From the NCBI GenBank assembly GCA_016215405.1, contig JACRJQ010000007.1:143-64142 (forward strand): a stretch of 64,000 bases of DNA, written 5' to 3'. The stretch's first letter is position 1. Each line of letters starts with the position of its first letter. The position numbers and the translations under genes are program-made. This document shows positions 38,113 through 47,812 of the stretch, in pieces. This DNA comes from Candidatus Tayloriibacteriota bacterium (lineage in GTDB: Bacteria > Patescibacteriota > Minisyncoccia > Phycocordibacterales > UBA6065). The notes beneath the pieces were generated by a model. That model was not told where the DNA came from and ran no database searches. It saw only the letters and a program-made list of their open reading frames with translations.

Positions 38113-38961
38113 ATGGAATCTGCAAAACCAGCACGGGCGCGACCTTTCGTTAAATGGGCCGGAGGAAAGGGGCAACTTTTGAAACAATTACATCCGCTTT
38201 TTCCTAAAAAATTTTCCACTTATTATGAACCCTTCCTTGGGGGTGGCGCTGTCTTCTTCAGCCTGTCTCCTAAAAAGGCGATTATAAATGATATCAACGT
38301 CACTCTTGCAAATACATATAGACAAATAAGAAGCGATGTCGATTCACTGATTGAGGAACTTAAAAAAATAGAGAAAAAATTCCTCTCAGCGGGTGAAGAT
38401 GGGAGGAGAGAATTCTACTACAAGATACGTGACAGATATAATTCTCTACCTCCTGAAGATCTAAAACGTTGCTCTCTGTTCATATTTCTAAATCGAACAG
38501 GATTCAATGGAATGTATCGAGAGAATTCAAGCGGAAAAATGAATATACCCTTTGGTCGCAACAAAAACCCAAAGATATTAAATGAAGAAAATCTCAGGGC
38601 AATCGCTGAAACTTTACATGACATTGAAATTTCTTCAAATCCGTTTGAAAAAGCGGTGTCTAGGGCAAAAAAGGATGATTTCGTTTATTTTGACCCTCCC
38701 TACGACCCAATCTCTTCTACCTCCAGTTTTACTGCCTATACAGGAAGCAGCTTCGCTCAAGAAGACCAAATCAGACTCAGAGACTTGTTCGTGAAACTCG
38801 ACAAGAAGGGTGTATTCGTGATGCTCAGTAACTCAAGCACACCATTTATAAAAAATCTTTACAAAAACTATCGGCAAGTAAAAGTTCGTGCATCGAGAAT
38901 GATAAATTCCAAAACAGCCGATAGGGGTGAAATAGATGAGCTCGTTGTCCTAAATTACTGA
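38113..38961 (+). CDS. dam: Dam/DpnM-like DNA adenine methyltransferase (alpha class)
   Basis: KWAGGK, EPFLGGGAV, IND.N, LNRTGFNGMYR.N, YFDPPY, MLSNS. Confidence 0.93.
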   Translation: MESAKPARARPFVKWAGGKGQLLKQLHPLFPKKFSTYYEPFLGGGAVFFSLSPKKAIINDINVTLANTYRQIRSDVDSLIEELKKIEKKFLSAGEDGRREFYYKIRDRYNSLPPEDLKRCSLFIFLNRTGFNGMYRENSSGKMNIPFGRNKNPKILNEENLRAIAETLHDIEISSNPFEKAVSRAKKDDFVYFDPPYDPISSTSSFTAYTGSSFAQEDQIRLRDLFVKLDKKGVFVMLSNSSTPFIKNLYKNYRQVKVRASRMINSKTADRGEIDELVVLNY

Positions 38962-39785
38962 GACACCAAATCAGAGAATCGTTTTATAGACAAGTCCAAG
39001 TATTCTTTAGTTTTATCAATACCTATATATTTTCTTCCTTGCATTATCGCAGCAATACCCGTTGTTGAACTGCCGGTAAAAGGATCAAGAACCACGTCCC
39101 CCTCTTTTGTACTTGCAAGAATGATTCTCTTTAAAAGCTCAAGTGGTTTTTGAGTTGGATGTTTGCCAAATTTCTTCTCGGAAGATTTTGACGTGCCAAC
39201 AGACCAAACCGATCTCATTTGCAGACCCGGCTTTTTGAGACCATCTTCGGGCCAATTCCCCTCCTTCATAAGTTCATAATTGAAAGTGTGTTTCGCCTTC
39301 TTCTCTTTTCTTACCCAAATAAGAGTCTCGTGACTTGCTGTAAAAAAACGACAACTCAGATTTGGGGCAGCATTGGGCTTGAACCACGAGATATCATTTA
39401 GGATGTGGTATCCCAAAACCTGTATTGCATGGCCGCATTGGTATATCGAATGATAGGTACCACTTACCCATAAAGTACCATGTGGTTTGAGCACACGTTT
39501 ACAGGCCTCCAACCATCTGTAATGAAAATTATAGTCGGCGTTAAAGCCGCCACTTTTATCCCAATCCCCCTTGTTTACACTCACCATCCGACCCGCATGC
39601 ACAGTAAATCCATCATTTGAAAGATTATAAGGAGGATCGGCGAAAATCATGTCCACCGAATTTTCAGGAAGTTCATTAAGCAACGAGATCGAATCGTCAT
39701 GAAACAACACAAAATTCCGGTCTGAAAAATATGGCTTCTTCTTCACCGATGAGAGAACCTTCTTTTTTGAAGCAAGTGTTTTCAT
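38955..39785 (-). CDS. DpnA-like beta-class DNA methyltransferase
   Basis: DMIFADPPYNLSN.G, SVNKGDWD, SGTYH, HPTQKP, VLDPFTGSSTTG. Confidence 0.93.
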   Translation of the reverse strand: MKTLASKKKVLSSVKKKPYFSDRNFVLFHDDSISLLNELPENSVDMIFADPPYNLSNDGFTVHAGRMVSVNKGDWDKSGGFNADYNFHYRWLEACKRVLKPHGTLWVSGTYHSIYQCGHAIQVLGYHILNDISWFKPNAAPNLSCRFFTASHETLIWVRKEKKAKHTFNYELMKEGNWPEDGLKKPGLQMRSVWSVGTSKSSEKKFGKHPTQKPLELLKRIILASTKEGDVVLDPFTGSSTTGIAAIMQGRKYIGIDKTKEYLDLSIKRFSDLVSQ

Positions 39786-39848
39786 CACTGAAATTATAGC
39801 AACTCTCGATCTCTTGTGTTATTCACAAATTTATCTTTTTTTTATCTT

Positions 39849-41552
39849 TTAAATCTTCGTCAACGTGTATATCTCCCCTGCTATATCGCGACCTCTCTGT
39901 TCGATTGCAAGTCGCCAATCAATGTTGAATATATCCTTGTACTTTGATTCAATTTCCTTATTAAACTTAAAATGAGAATTTTTATACACTTCTGTACACT
40001 TCTTTTCTAAAGGCCAATCACTAGCATTTTGGTTATCATCCGGGTGTAGTAAGGTGAGATTTCCAATCAAATGAACATAATCTTTTATCTCTGATTTCCT
40101 TAAATTCCACTTTTTTGGGTCTTGGGGCAGGATATGTTCAATTGAAGTTTTTTTGAATGTGATTTTTCCTCCATCTTTTGCCTCAATAACTTTCTTAAAA
40201 AGAAATTCAGTTAGCTTTGAGTCTGATGTATAAGAAAGATCTGAAACGAAACAATCAATGAAACTTTCTCTGTCCTTCGTTAGGTTCTTCAAGGTATCGA
40301 TAAAATCTTTTGATTTATTTTTTACATCGCAACCGGGAGTTTCTCGAACTATCCTGCAGTAATTCGCGAAATGTTTTTCATACACAGAAGGACTAAGTAT
40401 CGAAAATTTAGCCCGCAAGCAAAAATTCCACAGTAAATTTACTATGTCCCTGAATTGGCCCGGTTTAAATTCCTTGTCTTTCTTGTGTTTTATATAGAGC
40501 GCGACCAAAATCTCATAGACTTGTTGATTATCAATTATTTGGTAGTCCACAAGCGCATCTCTAACCGTAGTATCTAATCCGTCAAAATAATGACTGAATT
40601 GCTTGCTGAAAATAGCGAGATAAAATTTTGAATAATCTCGCAATTGTTGGCAGTAAGCGACTAAATCACCTTTGTTTCTATTTTTTTGGATTTCTTTTTT
40701 TAAGCTTTCATAAAGATCCTTTACAGAAACATATTTATTTTCAGCAATCCATACATGACGTAAAAACTTAGTTATCAAATCTGGTGCCACCTTTTCAAAG
40801 TCGAGCTCCATTTCATCCCAAATTTGCTCGACATCATCTAAACAACCAAGCTTCTCAGCATGACCAAAAAGCTGGTTCTTGATTTGATCTGAGACAGATA
40901 GACCGAGGCCTTTTGAGTTTAATCCCTCGAATGCGTCGAACACCTCTTTTTCCGAATCAAGAATTATTGCCACAACCTGAAGTTCTAAGACTTTGTCTAT
41001 TAGTTCATGCAATTTTTCCAGATCATCACCAATTTTTCCGGTTATTAACTCCTTTAATATTTTGTATGCTCGAATATAAACAAGTTGAGCCTTATCATAT
41101 TTGACTAGTTTTTCATTGTAACGCCCATCAATGAGATCAGTGAAAACCTGATAATACGTATTCTTACGTGGCTTTAGGACATAATAATCACCTCGAGTTC
41201 TCTTGTCCTTATCTTTAAGAAAATCATCAATCCAAGTGACTTTATCGTGATCTTTTTCAGGAAGAATTTCCTTCGCTCTATCACGAAGCGCGATTAACAT
41301 GAGACAGATGGTGGTGAGTCTTTGCTGACCATCAATAATTATCAATCTATTCTCATTGTCTCCATTACCTAAAACACAAACGATATTTCCGATAAAGTAG
41401 GATTTATCATTTGATTCTGTGGCGAAGAAAAAATCAGTCAATTGCTTAGACCCCCACTTATAAGCTCTCTGAAAATTAGGTACACCAAATTTTTTATATA
41501 CATCAACTAAAGTTGCAAAACTGTATTCATTAATGTCATGAAATCTTTTCAT
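39849..41552 (-). CDS. GmrSD-like DUF262/DUF1524 modification-dependent nuclease
   Basis: VPNFQRAYKW, IIDGQQRLTT, FEGLNSKG..L, IEHILPQ, IGNLTLL...N. Confidence 0.92.
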   Translation of the reverse strand: MKRFHDINEYSFATLVDVYKKFGVPNFQRAYKWGSKQLTDFFFATESNDKSYFIGNIVCVLGNGDNENRLIIIDGQQRLTTICLMLIALRDRAKEILPEKDHDKVTWIDDFLKDKDKRTRGDYYVLKPRKNTYYQVFTDLIDGRYNEKLVKYDKAQLVYIRAYKILKELITGKIGDDLEKLHELIDKVLELQVVAIILDSEKEVFDAFEGLNSKGLGLSVSDQIKNQLFGHAEKLGCLDDVEQIWDEMELDFEKVAPDLITKFLRHVWIAENKYVSVKDLYESLKKEIQKNRNKGDLVAYCQQLRDYSKFYLAIFSKQFSHYFDGLDTTVRDALVDYQIIDNQQVYEILVALYIKHKKDKEFKPGQFRDIVNLLWNFCLRAKFSILSPSVYEKHFANYCRIVRETPGCDVKNKSKDFIDTLKNLTKDRESFIDCFVSDLSYTSDSKLTEFLFKKVIEAKDGGKITFKKTSIEHILPQDPKKWNLRKSEIKDYVHLIGNLTLLHPDDNQNASDWPLEKKCTEVYKNSHFKFNKEIESKYKDIFNIDWRLAIEQRGRDIAGEIYTLTKI

Positions 41553-41666
41553 TTGTACGATTTAGGAGTGCTTTCTAATACCTGTATTATATCGATTTCA
41601 GGATAAACAAAACATAAAATAAACACCCCAACCGCTTGAGGTGTTTGGAATGGCTAAAGATAGGCC

Positions 41667-41858
41667 TTATTTCTCCTCCGGGATGACGAAGGTGGCGATG
41701 AGATAGATGAGGGCGCCGGGGAGGAGGCCGGTGACGATCACGACCGCGACCCACACGACCCTCAGCACCGTAGGGTCCATGTCGAGATACTCCCCCACAC
41801 CACCACAAATTCCAGATATCATCCTATTAGTCTTGCTTCTATAGAGCCTTTTATTCAT
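41667..41858 (-). CDS. pspC: PspC domain protein
   Basis: KRLYRS..NRMISGICGG.GEY...DPT..R, YL.A...IPE. Confidence 0.93.
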   Translation of the reverse strand: MNKRLYRSKTNRMISGICGGVGEYLDMDPTVLRVVWVAVVIVTGLLPGALIYLIATFVIPEEK

Positions 41859-41906
41859 ATATCCATACTACGCGCTGCGAGAGCCCAGGGTTCGAGGCAA
41901 AAAAAA

Positions 41907-41954
41907 GCGGCCGGCCCTGGTAAGGGACGGCCGCGGTAGAAGCAGGCGCGAAGG
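41907..41954 (-). terminator. Terminator repeat A (homologous to 42600-42647)
   Basis: gcggccggccctggtaagggacggccgcg with a T8 tail on the minus strand. Confidence 0.75.
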
Positions 41955-42521
41955 TCAGCGCGAAGAGACGAACGCCGGAAGAGCGTTGATCGGGAGACCG
42001 GTCCTCGCATCGACCGTCTCGCCCTCGTCGTTGACCGCGAAGAAGCGGCCATAGACCGTGGCATACGAGAGCAGAGTCTCGAGCTCTTCCGGCGTCTCGA
42101 CGTCGTCGGCGAGCCGGTAAGGGCGGGAGTCCACGTAGACGATCACGCGGAACATCCCGGAGGAGGCGCGGATATCGGTCTCGGCGACCATCTCCAGAGG
42201 GACGTTCGTCTGAAAGCCGTGGAAGAATTTGTCCTCCCAGCGCAGGGGGTTCTTCGGGTCGTTGCGCGACCCGGTCCGGCGAGCGTTATAGACCTCGTTG
42301 AGGCGGTTGCGGAAGGTATCGATGCCTCCGCAGCGCTCCCCGTTGGGGTGCTGGGTGACCCAGACTTCCGCGAGCTCGCCGTCCTTGTCTTCGGAGCAGA
42401 CGAAGGTGGCGGCGATGCGGGCGATCTTCGGGTTCGTGGTGAGGCATTCGACCTTTACGGCCGAAGCGGTGAAGTCGTGCTTTCTCGACCTGACGAGGAA
42501 CAGTATCTTGTCGGCGGGCAT
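41955..42521 (-). CDS. Hypothetical protein (ORFan cassette)
   Basis: ATG at 42521; TTGACA-16-TAACGT promoter. Confidence 0.7.
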   Translation of the reverse strand: MPADKILFLVRSRKHDFTASAVKVECLTTNPKIARIAATFVCSEDKDGELAEVWVTQHPNGERCGGIDTFRNRLNEVYNARRTGSRNDPKNPLRWEDKFFHGFQTNVPLEMVAETDIRASSGMFRVIVYVDSRPYRLADDVETPEELETLLSYATVYGRFFAVNDEGETVDARTGLPINALPAFVSSR

Positions 42522-42599
42522 ATCGGGATATGGTTGAGGGTGGGACGTTGCAGGGCTCGATACCACGTTACGCCACAGGGCCTTTTTGTCAATAAAAAC

Positions 42600-42647
42600 G
42601 CGGCTGGCCCTGGTGAGGGACAGCCGCGACGGAAACAGGCGCGAGGC
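42600..42647 (-). terminator. Terminator repeat B
   Basis: gcggctggccctggtgagggacagccgcg, 26/29 identical to A. Confidence 0.75.
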
Positions 42648-43001
42648 CTAGCGATCGCTCGATACGAGCGTGGGCGAAGCGGGCTTTTCAACCACGAATG
42701 CGGTCTCGGAGATCTCCGAGAAGCGGCCGTAGAACGACTCGCGCCATTCGCCGTCGCCCGGGGCGCGAGAGGCGTGAAAGACGAGGGTCCGGTCGTCCTC
42801 GCCCTCCTTTGGCAGATTAGGACGATCCCCCACGACCTCGTGGACCGAGACGTGAGTGAGGGCGGAGAGCCGGTCCCTTATGAGGTTTTTGGCCTCGACG
42901 CGGGCGAGCCGGGGATCGGAGGTGTCGAGATTGATCCGGACGAAACATCCCTTCAAAGGGACGGCGCTTACAGACGCTACCACATAGCGATTGTTGTGCA
43001 T
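42648..43001 (-). CDS. Hypothetical protein (ORFan cassette)
   Basis: 117-aa ORF; TTGACA-16-TAGCTT promoter. Confidence 0.7.
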   Translation of the reverse strand: MHNNRYVVASVSAVPLKGCFVRINLDTSDPRLARVEAKNLIRDRLSALTHVSVHEVVGDRPNLPKEGEDDRTLVFHASRAPGDGEWRESFYGRFSEISETAFVVEKPASPTLVSSDR

Positions 43002-43074
43002 GGATTTAGAAGGCAGGTTCAGAGTTGCAGGCTACCGCACCAAGCTACCCCATCCGAGCGGATTGTCAAAGAGG

Positions 43075-44118
43075 CTATTCGAGGGGCAAGAACCCCAAGA
43101 GGCGCAGGAGGAACGCCGTCGGGAAATCATACCATTTGAAGAAAAACCCCTCGTTCTTGGGGTCGTAGGGCCGCGCTTCCCTTTTCCACTTCTCGACGAT
43201 CGTCCGGAGCTCTCCTACCATGGCGGACTCGTGAAAAAAGACACCTGCCTCCATGTTCATGTTAAAGGAGAACATGTCGAGGTTCTGCGAGCCGATCATC
43301 CCCTCGCGATCGTCGACGAGCATCGCCTTTGCGTGATTCATCCCCCGCAGGAAATAGCAGGAGGCGCCCATATGGACGAAAGACGAGGCAAAGGAGCGGT
43401 TCACGCCGTTTACGAAAGCGTGGTCGGTCGCCTCGGGCATGATGATGTCGACCCTCACGCCGCGCAGTATCGCCTGGTGGATACGCGCCAAAAGCCAGCG
43501 CGGCGGGAAAAGATAGGGCGTGACGAGGACGATGGACGACTGAGCCTTGTCTATCCTCTGGGAATAGTAGTTTCTGAATTCATGGCGCCTCTTGCCGAGC
43601 CCGTGATCGACGAACCAGAGCTGCGCTCGGCGCAAAGGCCCCGCCTTCGTGTTCTTTTGGAGTATCTCGCCTTTGCCCCCGCAGTCGCGGTACGCGCGGC
43701 TAAACGACCTGATGATCGCTTCGACGACATGCCCCGTGACGCGGACCTGCAGGTCGCGCCAGCGCGCGTACCTCTTGCCTACGTTTACTCCGCCGACGAA
43801 CGCCTCCTTTTCGTCTATGACGAGGACCTTTCGATGCATGCGCTGGAAGAAGAAGCTGCAAAAGAGGACCTCCGCGCCAGCCTCGCGCAGCGCCCCTATC
43901 GCCCCGTCGAGCGGATTGAAGCTCCCCACGACGTCGAGGATGACGACCACTCTCACCCCTCTTTTCGCGGCCCGGGAAAGGGACTCCAAGAATTCGCGAC
44001 CCTTCTCGTCGCCCCCGACGATATACATCTGAAGGTATGCCGATGCGGTAGCCCTCTCTATGGCCGCTATCATGCCCTCCCAGGCCTTCTCTGATGTCGT
44101 AAAGATACGGTGATCCAT
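43075..44118 (-). CDS. Phospholipase D family, cardiolipin synthase-like (no N-terminal TMs)
   Basis: Two HKD motifs: HRKVLVID...GGVN and HAKAMLVD...GSQN; WRDLQV. Confidence 0.92.
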   Translation of the reverse strand: MDHRIFTTSEKAWEGMIAAIERATASAYLQMYIVGGDEKGREFLESLSRAAKRGVRVVVILDVVGSFNPLDGAIGALREAGAEVLFCSFFFQRMHRKVLVIDEKEAFVGGVNVGKRYARWRDLQVRVTGHVVEAIIRSFSRAYRDCGGKGEILQKNTKAGPLRRAQLWFVDHGLGKRRHEFRNYYSQRIDKAQSSIVLVTPYLFPPRWLLARIHQAILRGVRVDIIMPEATDHAFVNGVNRSFASSFVHMGASCYFLRGMNHAKAMLVDDREGMIGSQNLDMFSFNMNMEAGVFFHESAMVGELRTIVEKWKREARPYDPKNEGFFFKWYDFPTAFLLRLLGFLPLE

Positions 44119-44154
44119 AAGGGTTACATTATCTCATACCGACAAAAATAGCAT

Positions 44155-44328
44155 TCTTCCTTTCCCTTCTTACCCCCCCCCCCGCCGAGTCCGCGCTCCT
44201 CTGAGCGAGGACATGCCCGAGGAGTAGCCTCCGAGGGATACTTGTACTCCGCAGCGAAGAGAGCGCGGACCGGCTAAAAGAAAAGTTTTAGTCTTGGATT
44301 CTGGCTCGGAGGCCGGAAAGACGGAAAA
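44155..44328. repeat. Fold-back intergenic element, copy 2
   Basis: Stem gccgagtccgcgctc/gagcgcggaccggc; same terminal motifs as 15115-15391. Confidence 0.55.
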
Positions 44329-44330
44329 GA

Positions 44331-45782
44331 TTATTTTTCGAGGTCGAGCACCTCATCTATCCGTATCTTCTCCACGAACTCCGGGACGTGCGAGACCAGT
44401 ATCATCGCTCCCTCGTATCTATCGAGAGCTTCGGCGATCACCGGGATATGGCGGAAGTTTATATGGTTGGTCGGCTCGTCGAGGATAAGGAGCCCTGGCT
44501 TTTGGAGGACGAGGCGGGCGAAGGCGACGAGCCCCTTCTGCCCTTCGGAGAGAGCGCCGATCTTCGTATCCATCATGTCGCCGTGTATGAGAAAGCCCGC
44601 CGCGGTCGCGCGGATGTGCTGCTCGATGTGAGTGGCGGAGGCCGAGAGGAGCGATTCATATACGGTGTCCTCGAAATTCAGGGTCGAGAAGTCCTGGCGA
44701 TAGTAGCCGACGCGGACTCCTTCCGAGATCTTCGCCCCTTCGGACGCTCCGGAAGCGAGGGTCTCGAGGAGGGTCGATTTTCCGATGCCGTTCGGACCCT
44801 TAAGGAGGAGGTGCTGCTTGCGCTTGAGCTTTATGCTGCAGGTCCTCTTGGTCGCTTTGTGGTTCTTTATGACCTTGTACGAGGAGATCTCGATGATAGG
44901 CCCTACGAATTCGGGCTGTGACGGGATAGTGAAGGGCCTTATGGTCTTGTCCTCCTTTCTCACTTCAACGATCTCCTCTTCGAGCTCCTCCGCCTTCTCG
45001 CGCATCCTCTTTGCCACAAGGCGCATCTGGCCGCCCTTGTTCGCGAACATGTTGGCCTGGTCCTTTTTCGCCTGGATCTCCTTTGCGAGGAGCGCGTTCG
45101 CGCGATTCTCCTTCTCTATCCTCGCGGTGATGTCCGCGAGCACGTCTTTGTAGTCGCCTACGTACTGCTCTACCTTCTTCGTATGCACGTCGAGATAGAG
45201 GACGCCGTCGGTGAACGAGTTGAGGAAATCCGCATCGTGCGAGATGACGATGACGGTCCTGTCATATCCTTTGAGGAACGCGGTGAGGTGCTCGATACCC
45301 GCCTTGTCGAGGTTGTTCGTAGGCTCGTCGAGGAGGAGTATGTCGGGATGCTGGATGAGGGCCGAGGCGAGGAGGAGGCGCGCCTGCTGACCGCCGGAGA
45401 ACGACCTGACGATGCGGTCTTTGGGCGCGTGGAAGTTGACGGCCTCGAGCGCGAGGTCGATGCGCGGATCGATGTCATAGACCTTTTCCGTAAAGCACTT
45501 AAGGAAGAAATCGCGCACCGTAAGGTCGAGCTCTCCGCGCGGAATGACCTGTCGGGATATCGCTATGGTAAGGCCGCGACCGGTGCTTATCGATCCTGAT
45601 TCGGGCTTGAGCGCTCCCGTGATAAGAGAGAAGATGGTCGATTTTCCGGCGCCGTTCTGACCCATGATCGTGACCTTCGAACCGCGGCGCACCGAAAAGT
45701 CCGCCTCGTCGAGGATGGGATGGTTGTGCCCGTAATTGAAGGACACCTCGTCGAATCTAAGGACTACGTCTCCGGCTGCCAT
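44331..45782 (-). CDS. ABC-F family ATPase
   Basis: Two ABC domains (GQNGAGKS/FSGGQ/LLDEPTNNLD and GPNGIGKS/LSEGQ/ILDEPTNH), no TMs. Confidence 0.95.
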   Translation of the reverse strand: MAAGDVVLRFDEVSFNYGHNHPILDEADFSVRRGSKVTIMGQNGAGKSTIFSLITGALKPESGSISTGRGLTIAISRQVIPRGELDLTVRDFFLKCFTEKVYDIDPRIDLALEAVNFHAPKDRIVRSFSGGQQARLLLASALIQHPDILLLDEPTNNLDKAGIEHLTAFLKGYDRTVIVISHDADFLNSFTDGVLYLDVHTKKVEQYVGDYKDVLADITARIEKENRANALLAKEIQAKKDQANMFANKGGQMRLVAKRMREKAEELEEEIVEVRKEDKTIRPFTIPSQPEFVGPIIEISSYKVIKNHKATKRTCSIKLKRKQHLLLKGPNGIGKSTLLETLASGASEGAKISEGVRVGYYRQDFSTLNFEDTVYESLLSASATHIEQHIRATAAGFLIHGDMMDTKIGALSEGQKGLVAFARLVLQKPGLLILDEPTNHINFRHIPVIAEALDRYEGAMILVSHVPEFVEKIRIDEVLDLEK

Positions 45783-45878
45783 AAGACTGATAGAGTACCT
45801 TAAAACTCGCGGATTTCAAAGAAAAAGTCCTCTGCGGCGAAGCAGAGGACGCGAGACATTCCCGAAAGGCGCGAGGCC

Positions 45879-46292
45879 TTAGGGCTTGAGGTGCGAGCCT
45901 ACGGGAGGCTTTTCCGTAAAGCTACCGTAGCCCTGGATGCTCCCGGGCATCTCGGCCGGGGATGGGGCGGCGCCTTCGTCGCCCTGTTCGGAGAATCCGT
46001 CGTAGAACTTCTCGGACCAGGGCCCTTGCCGGCCGTTAAAGGCGATGTAGACCGCGGTCCGGACCTTGGGACTCGGGTCGCCGCAGAGGAAATGGGCGAA
46101 GCTCTGGTCGCCGCCGTCAGGGATGCGGTGCAAGATGATCTGGGAGATCTTCGACGCCGCGGGGTCGGACCGGTAGGAGCGCGCCCTGCGGAGCGCTTCG
46201 ACGGGGTCGGAGCCCAGAGGGACGGGCATGACCGAGGTCGGAGAGAGGCTCTGCAGGTTCGGGAAGACGAGGAGCAGGTATTGAGCGTTCAT
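45879..46292 (-). CDS. Hypothetical protein (ORFan cassette)
   Basis: 137-aa ORF; TTGACA-16-TAGCTT promoter; terminator at ~45822-45851. Confidence 0.7.
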   Translation of the reverse strand: MNAQYLLLVFPNLQSLSPTSVMPVPLGSDPVEALRRARSYRSDPAASKISQIILHRIPDGGDQSFAHFLCGDPSPKVRTAVYIAFNGRQGPWSEKFYDGFSEQGDEGAAPSPAEMPGSIQGYGSFTEKPPVGSHLKP

Positions 46293-46396
46293 GTAAGGAA
46301 GATACGGGGTTGAGACTCCCCCTCAAGCTACTCCAGGGAGGGGTTTTGTCAAACGAAAGCCGCGCGGGCCGTAAGGCCCGCGCGGCTTTCCCCTCA

Positions 46397-47812
46397 TTAC
46401 ATCGCGCCCTTTCGGAATACGCGCCTGTAGCCCGTGCCTATCGACTTTGTCGTAGACTTGTCGGTCTTAAGAGGGCGTGGATATTTAGAATTGAATCCGC
46501 CCGATCGCTTCGGACCGCGGGAGAACCCGCCGCCCGCAGAAGCGCTCGCCTGAGGCCTGCTCCCCTGGTACCCGCCGCTACGGCCTCCGCTAAAGCCTCC
46601 CCTGCCCCTGCCTCCGCTGAATCCGCCCCTATACGAAGGGCGAGAGCTAGAAGAGTAGGACGACATGGCCGCGCCTTCGTGGCTTCGCGTAGGGATAGGC
46701 TTTTTCATGAGCTTTTCGATGTCCATGATGTCGCGCTTCTGGTCGGGAGTGGCGAACGAGATCGCCTTGCCTGCCTTTCCGGCGCGGCCAGTGCGGCCGA
46801 TGCGGTGGACGTAGTCTTCGGCCTGCTCGGGAAGGTCGTAGTTGACGACAACCGCGATATCTTTGACGTCGATGCCGCGAGCGGCGATGTCGGTCGCGAC
46901 GAGGACCTGGTATTTATGCCTCTTGAAGCCGTCGAGGGCCTCGCGCCTCTGGCCCAAAGAGCGGTTCGAGTGGATCTCGGCCGAGGTGACGCCGACGTTG
47001 CGGAGGTCTTCCGCGACGTTCTTGGCGCCGTGCTTCGTCCTCGTGAACACGATGACGGGCTCTCCCGGATGCTCGCCGATTATCTTTGCGAGAAGGGAGA
47101 ATTTCGAGCGCCTCTCTACGACGACCATCTCCTGCTCGACCTTCTCGGCAGCCGTACCCGCAGGCGCGACCTCGATCCTCAAAGGAAGGGCCATATGCTC
47201 TATCGCGAGCCGAGCGATCGCTTCGGGCATGGTCGCGGAGAAGAGCATGGTCTGGCGCTCCTTCGGCACCTGCTTCACGATCTCCTTTATCTGAGGCATG
47301 AATCCGATGTCGAACATATGGTCGGCCTCGTCGAGGACGAGGATGGTGACGTAGTCGAGCTTTATCGTCCCCTGCTCGAGGTGGTCGATAAGGCGTCCCG
47401 GCGTCGCGATGACGACGTCAGGCTTGTATTTGAGGTTTCGGATCTGGCGACCGATCGGCTCGCCGCCGATAAGCACCGCCGCCTTTATGCCGAGGGGGCC
47501 TCCGACCTTGTCGAAGGTCTCGTGCACCTGGAGCGCGAGCTCGCGGGTAGGCAAAAGGATGAGAGCGAGGGCGCCCTGGGTGAGTATCCTCTGGATTATC
47601 GGGATGCCGAACGCGAGGGTCTTGCCGGTACCCGTCTGGGCGATGCCTATGATGTCCTTGCCTTCGATCCCCGTAGGGACCACCTTATGCTGGATGGGCG
47701 TAGGAGTCTCGAATCCCTGCCTCTCGAGTATGGCGAGTATCTTTGGGTCTATTCCTAAATCGCTGAAGCGAGGGGCTTCGTTAGAAGCCTCTGTCTGTTT
47801 TATTGGTGTCAT
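46397..47812 (-). CDS. DEAD-box RNA helicase (RhlE-like)
   Basis: Q motif, AQTGTGKT, PTRELA, DEAD, SAT, ATDIAARG, HRIGRTGRAG; RGG tail. Confidence 0.97.
   Translation of the reverse strand: MTPIKQTEASNEAPRFSDLGIDPKILAILERQGFETPTPIQHKVVPTGIEGKDIIGIAQTGTGKTLAFGIPIIQRILTQGALALILLPTRELALQVHETFDKVGGPLGIKAAVLIGGEPIGRQIRNLKYKPDVVIATPGRLIDHLEQGTIKLDYVTILVLDEADHMFDIGFMPQIKEIVKQVPKERQTMLFSATMPEAIARLAIEHMALPLRIEVAPAGTAAEKVEQEMVVVERRSKFSLLAKIIGEHPGEPVIVFTRTKHGAKNVAEDLRNVGVTSAEIHSNRSLGQRREALDGFKRHKYQVLVATDIAARGIDVKDIAVVVNYDLPEQAEDYVHRIGRTGRAGKAGKAISFATPDQKRDIMDIEKLMKKPIPTRSHEGAAMSSYSSSSRPSYRGGFSGGRGRGGFSGGRSGGYQGSRPQASASAGGGFSRGPKRSGGFNSKYPRPLKTDKSTTKSIGTGYRRVFRKGAM

Larger units (their letters stand above)
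37514..41600. mobile_element. AT-rich restriction-modification/defence island
   Basis: Abrupt drop in GC and change in codon style over four defence genes; no integrase seen. Confidence 0.8.

Noticed and set aside
44173-44183. Poly-C tract as a phase-variation switch
   Set aside because: It is intergenic, inside the fold-back element, and not clearly in a promoter spacer; it may be a homopolymer artefact.
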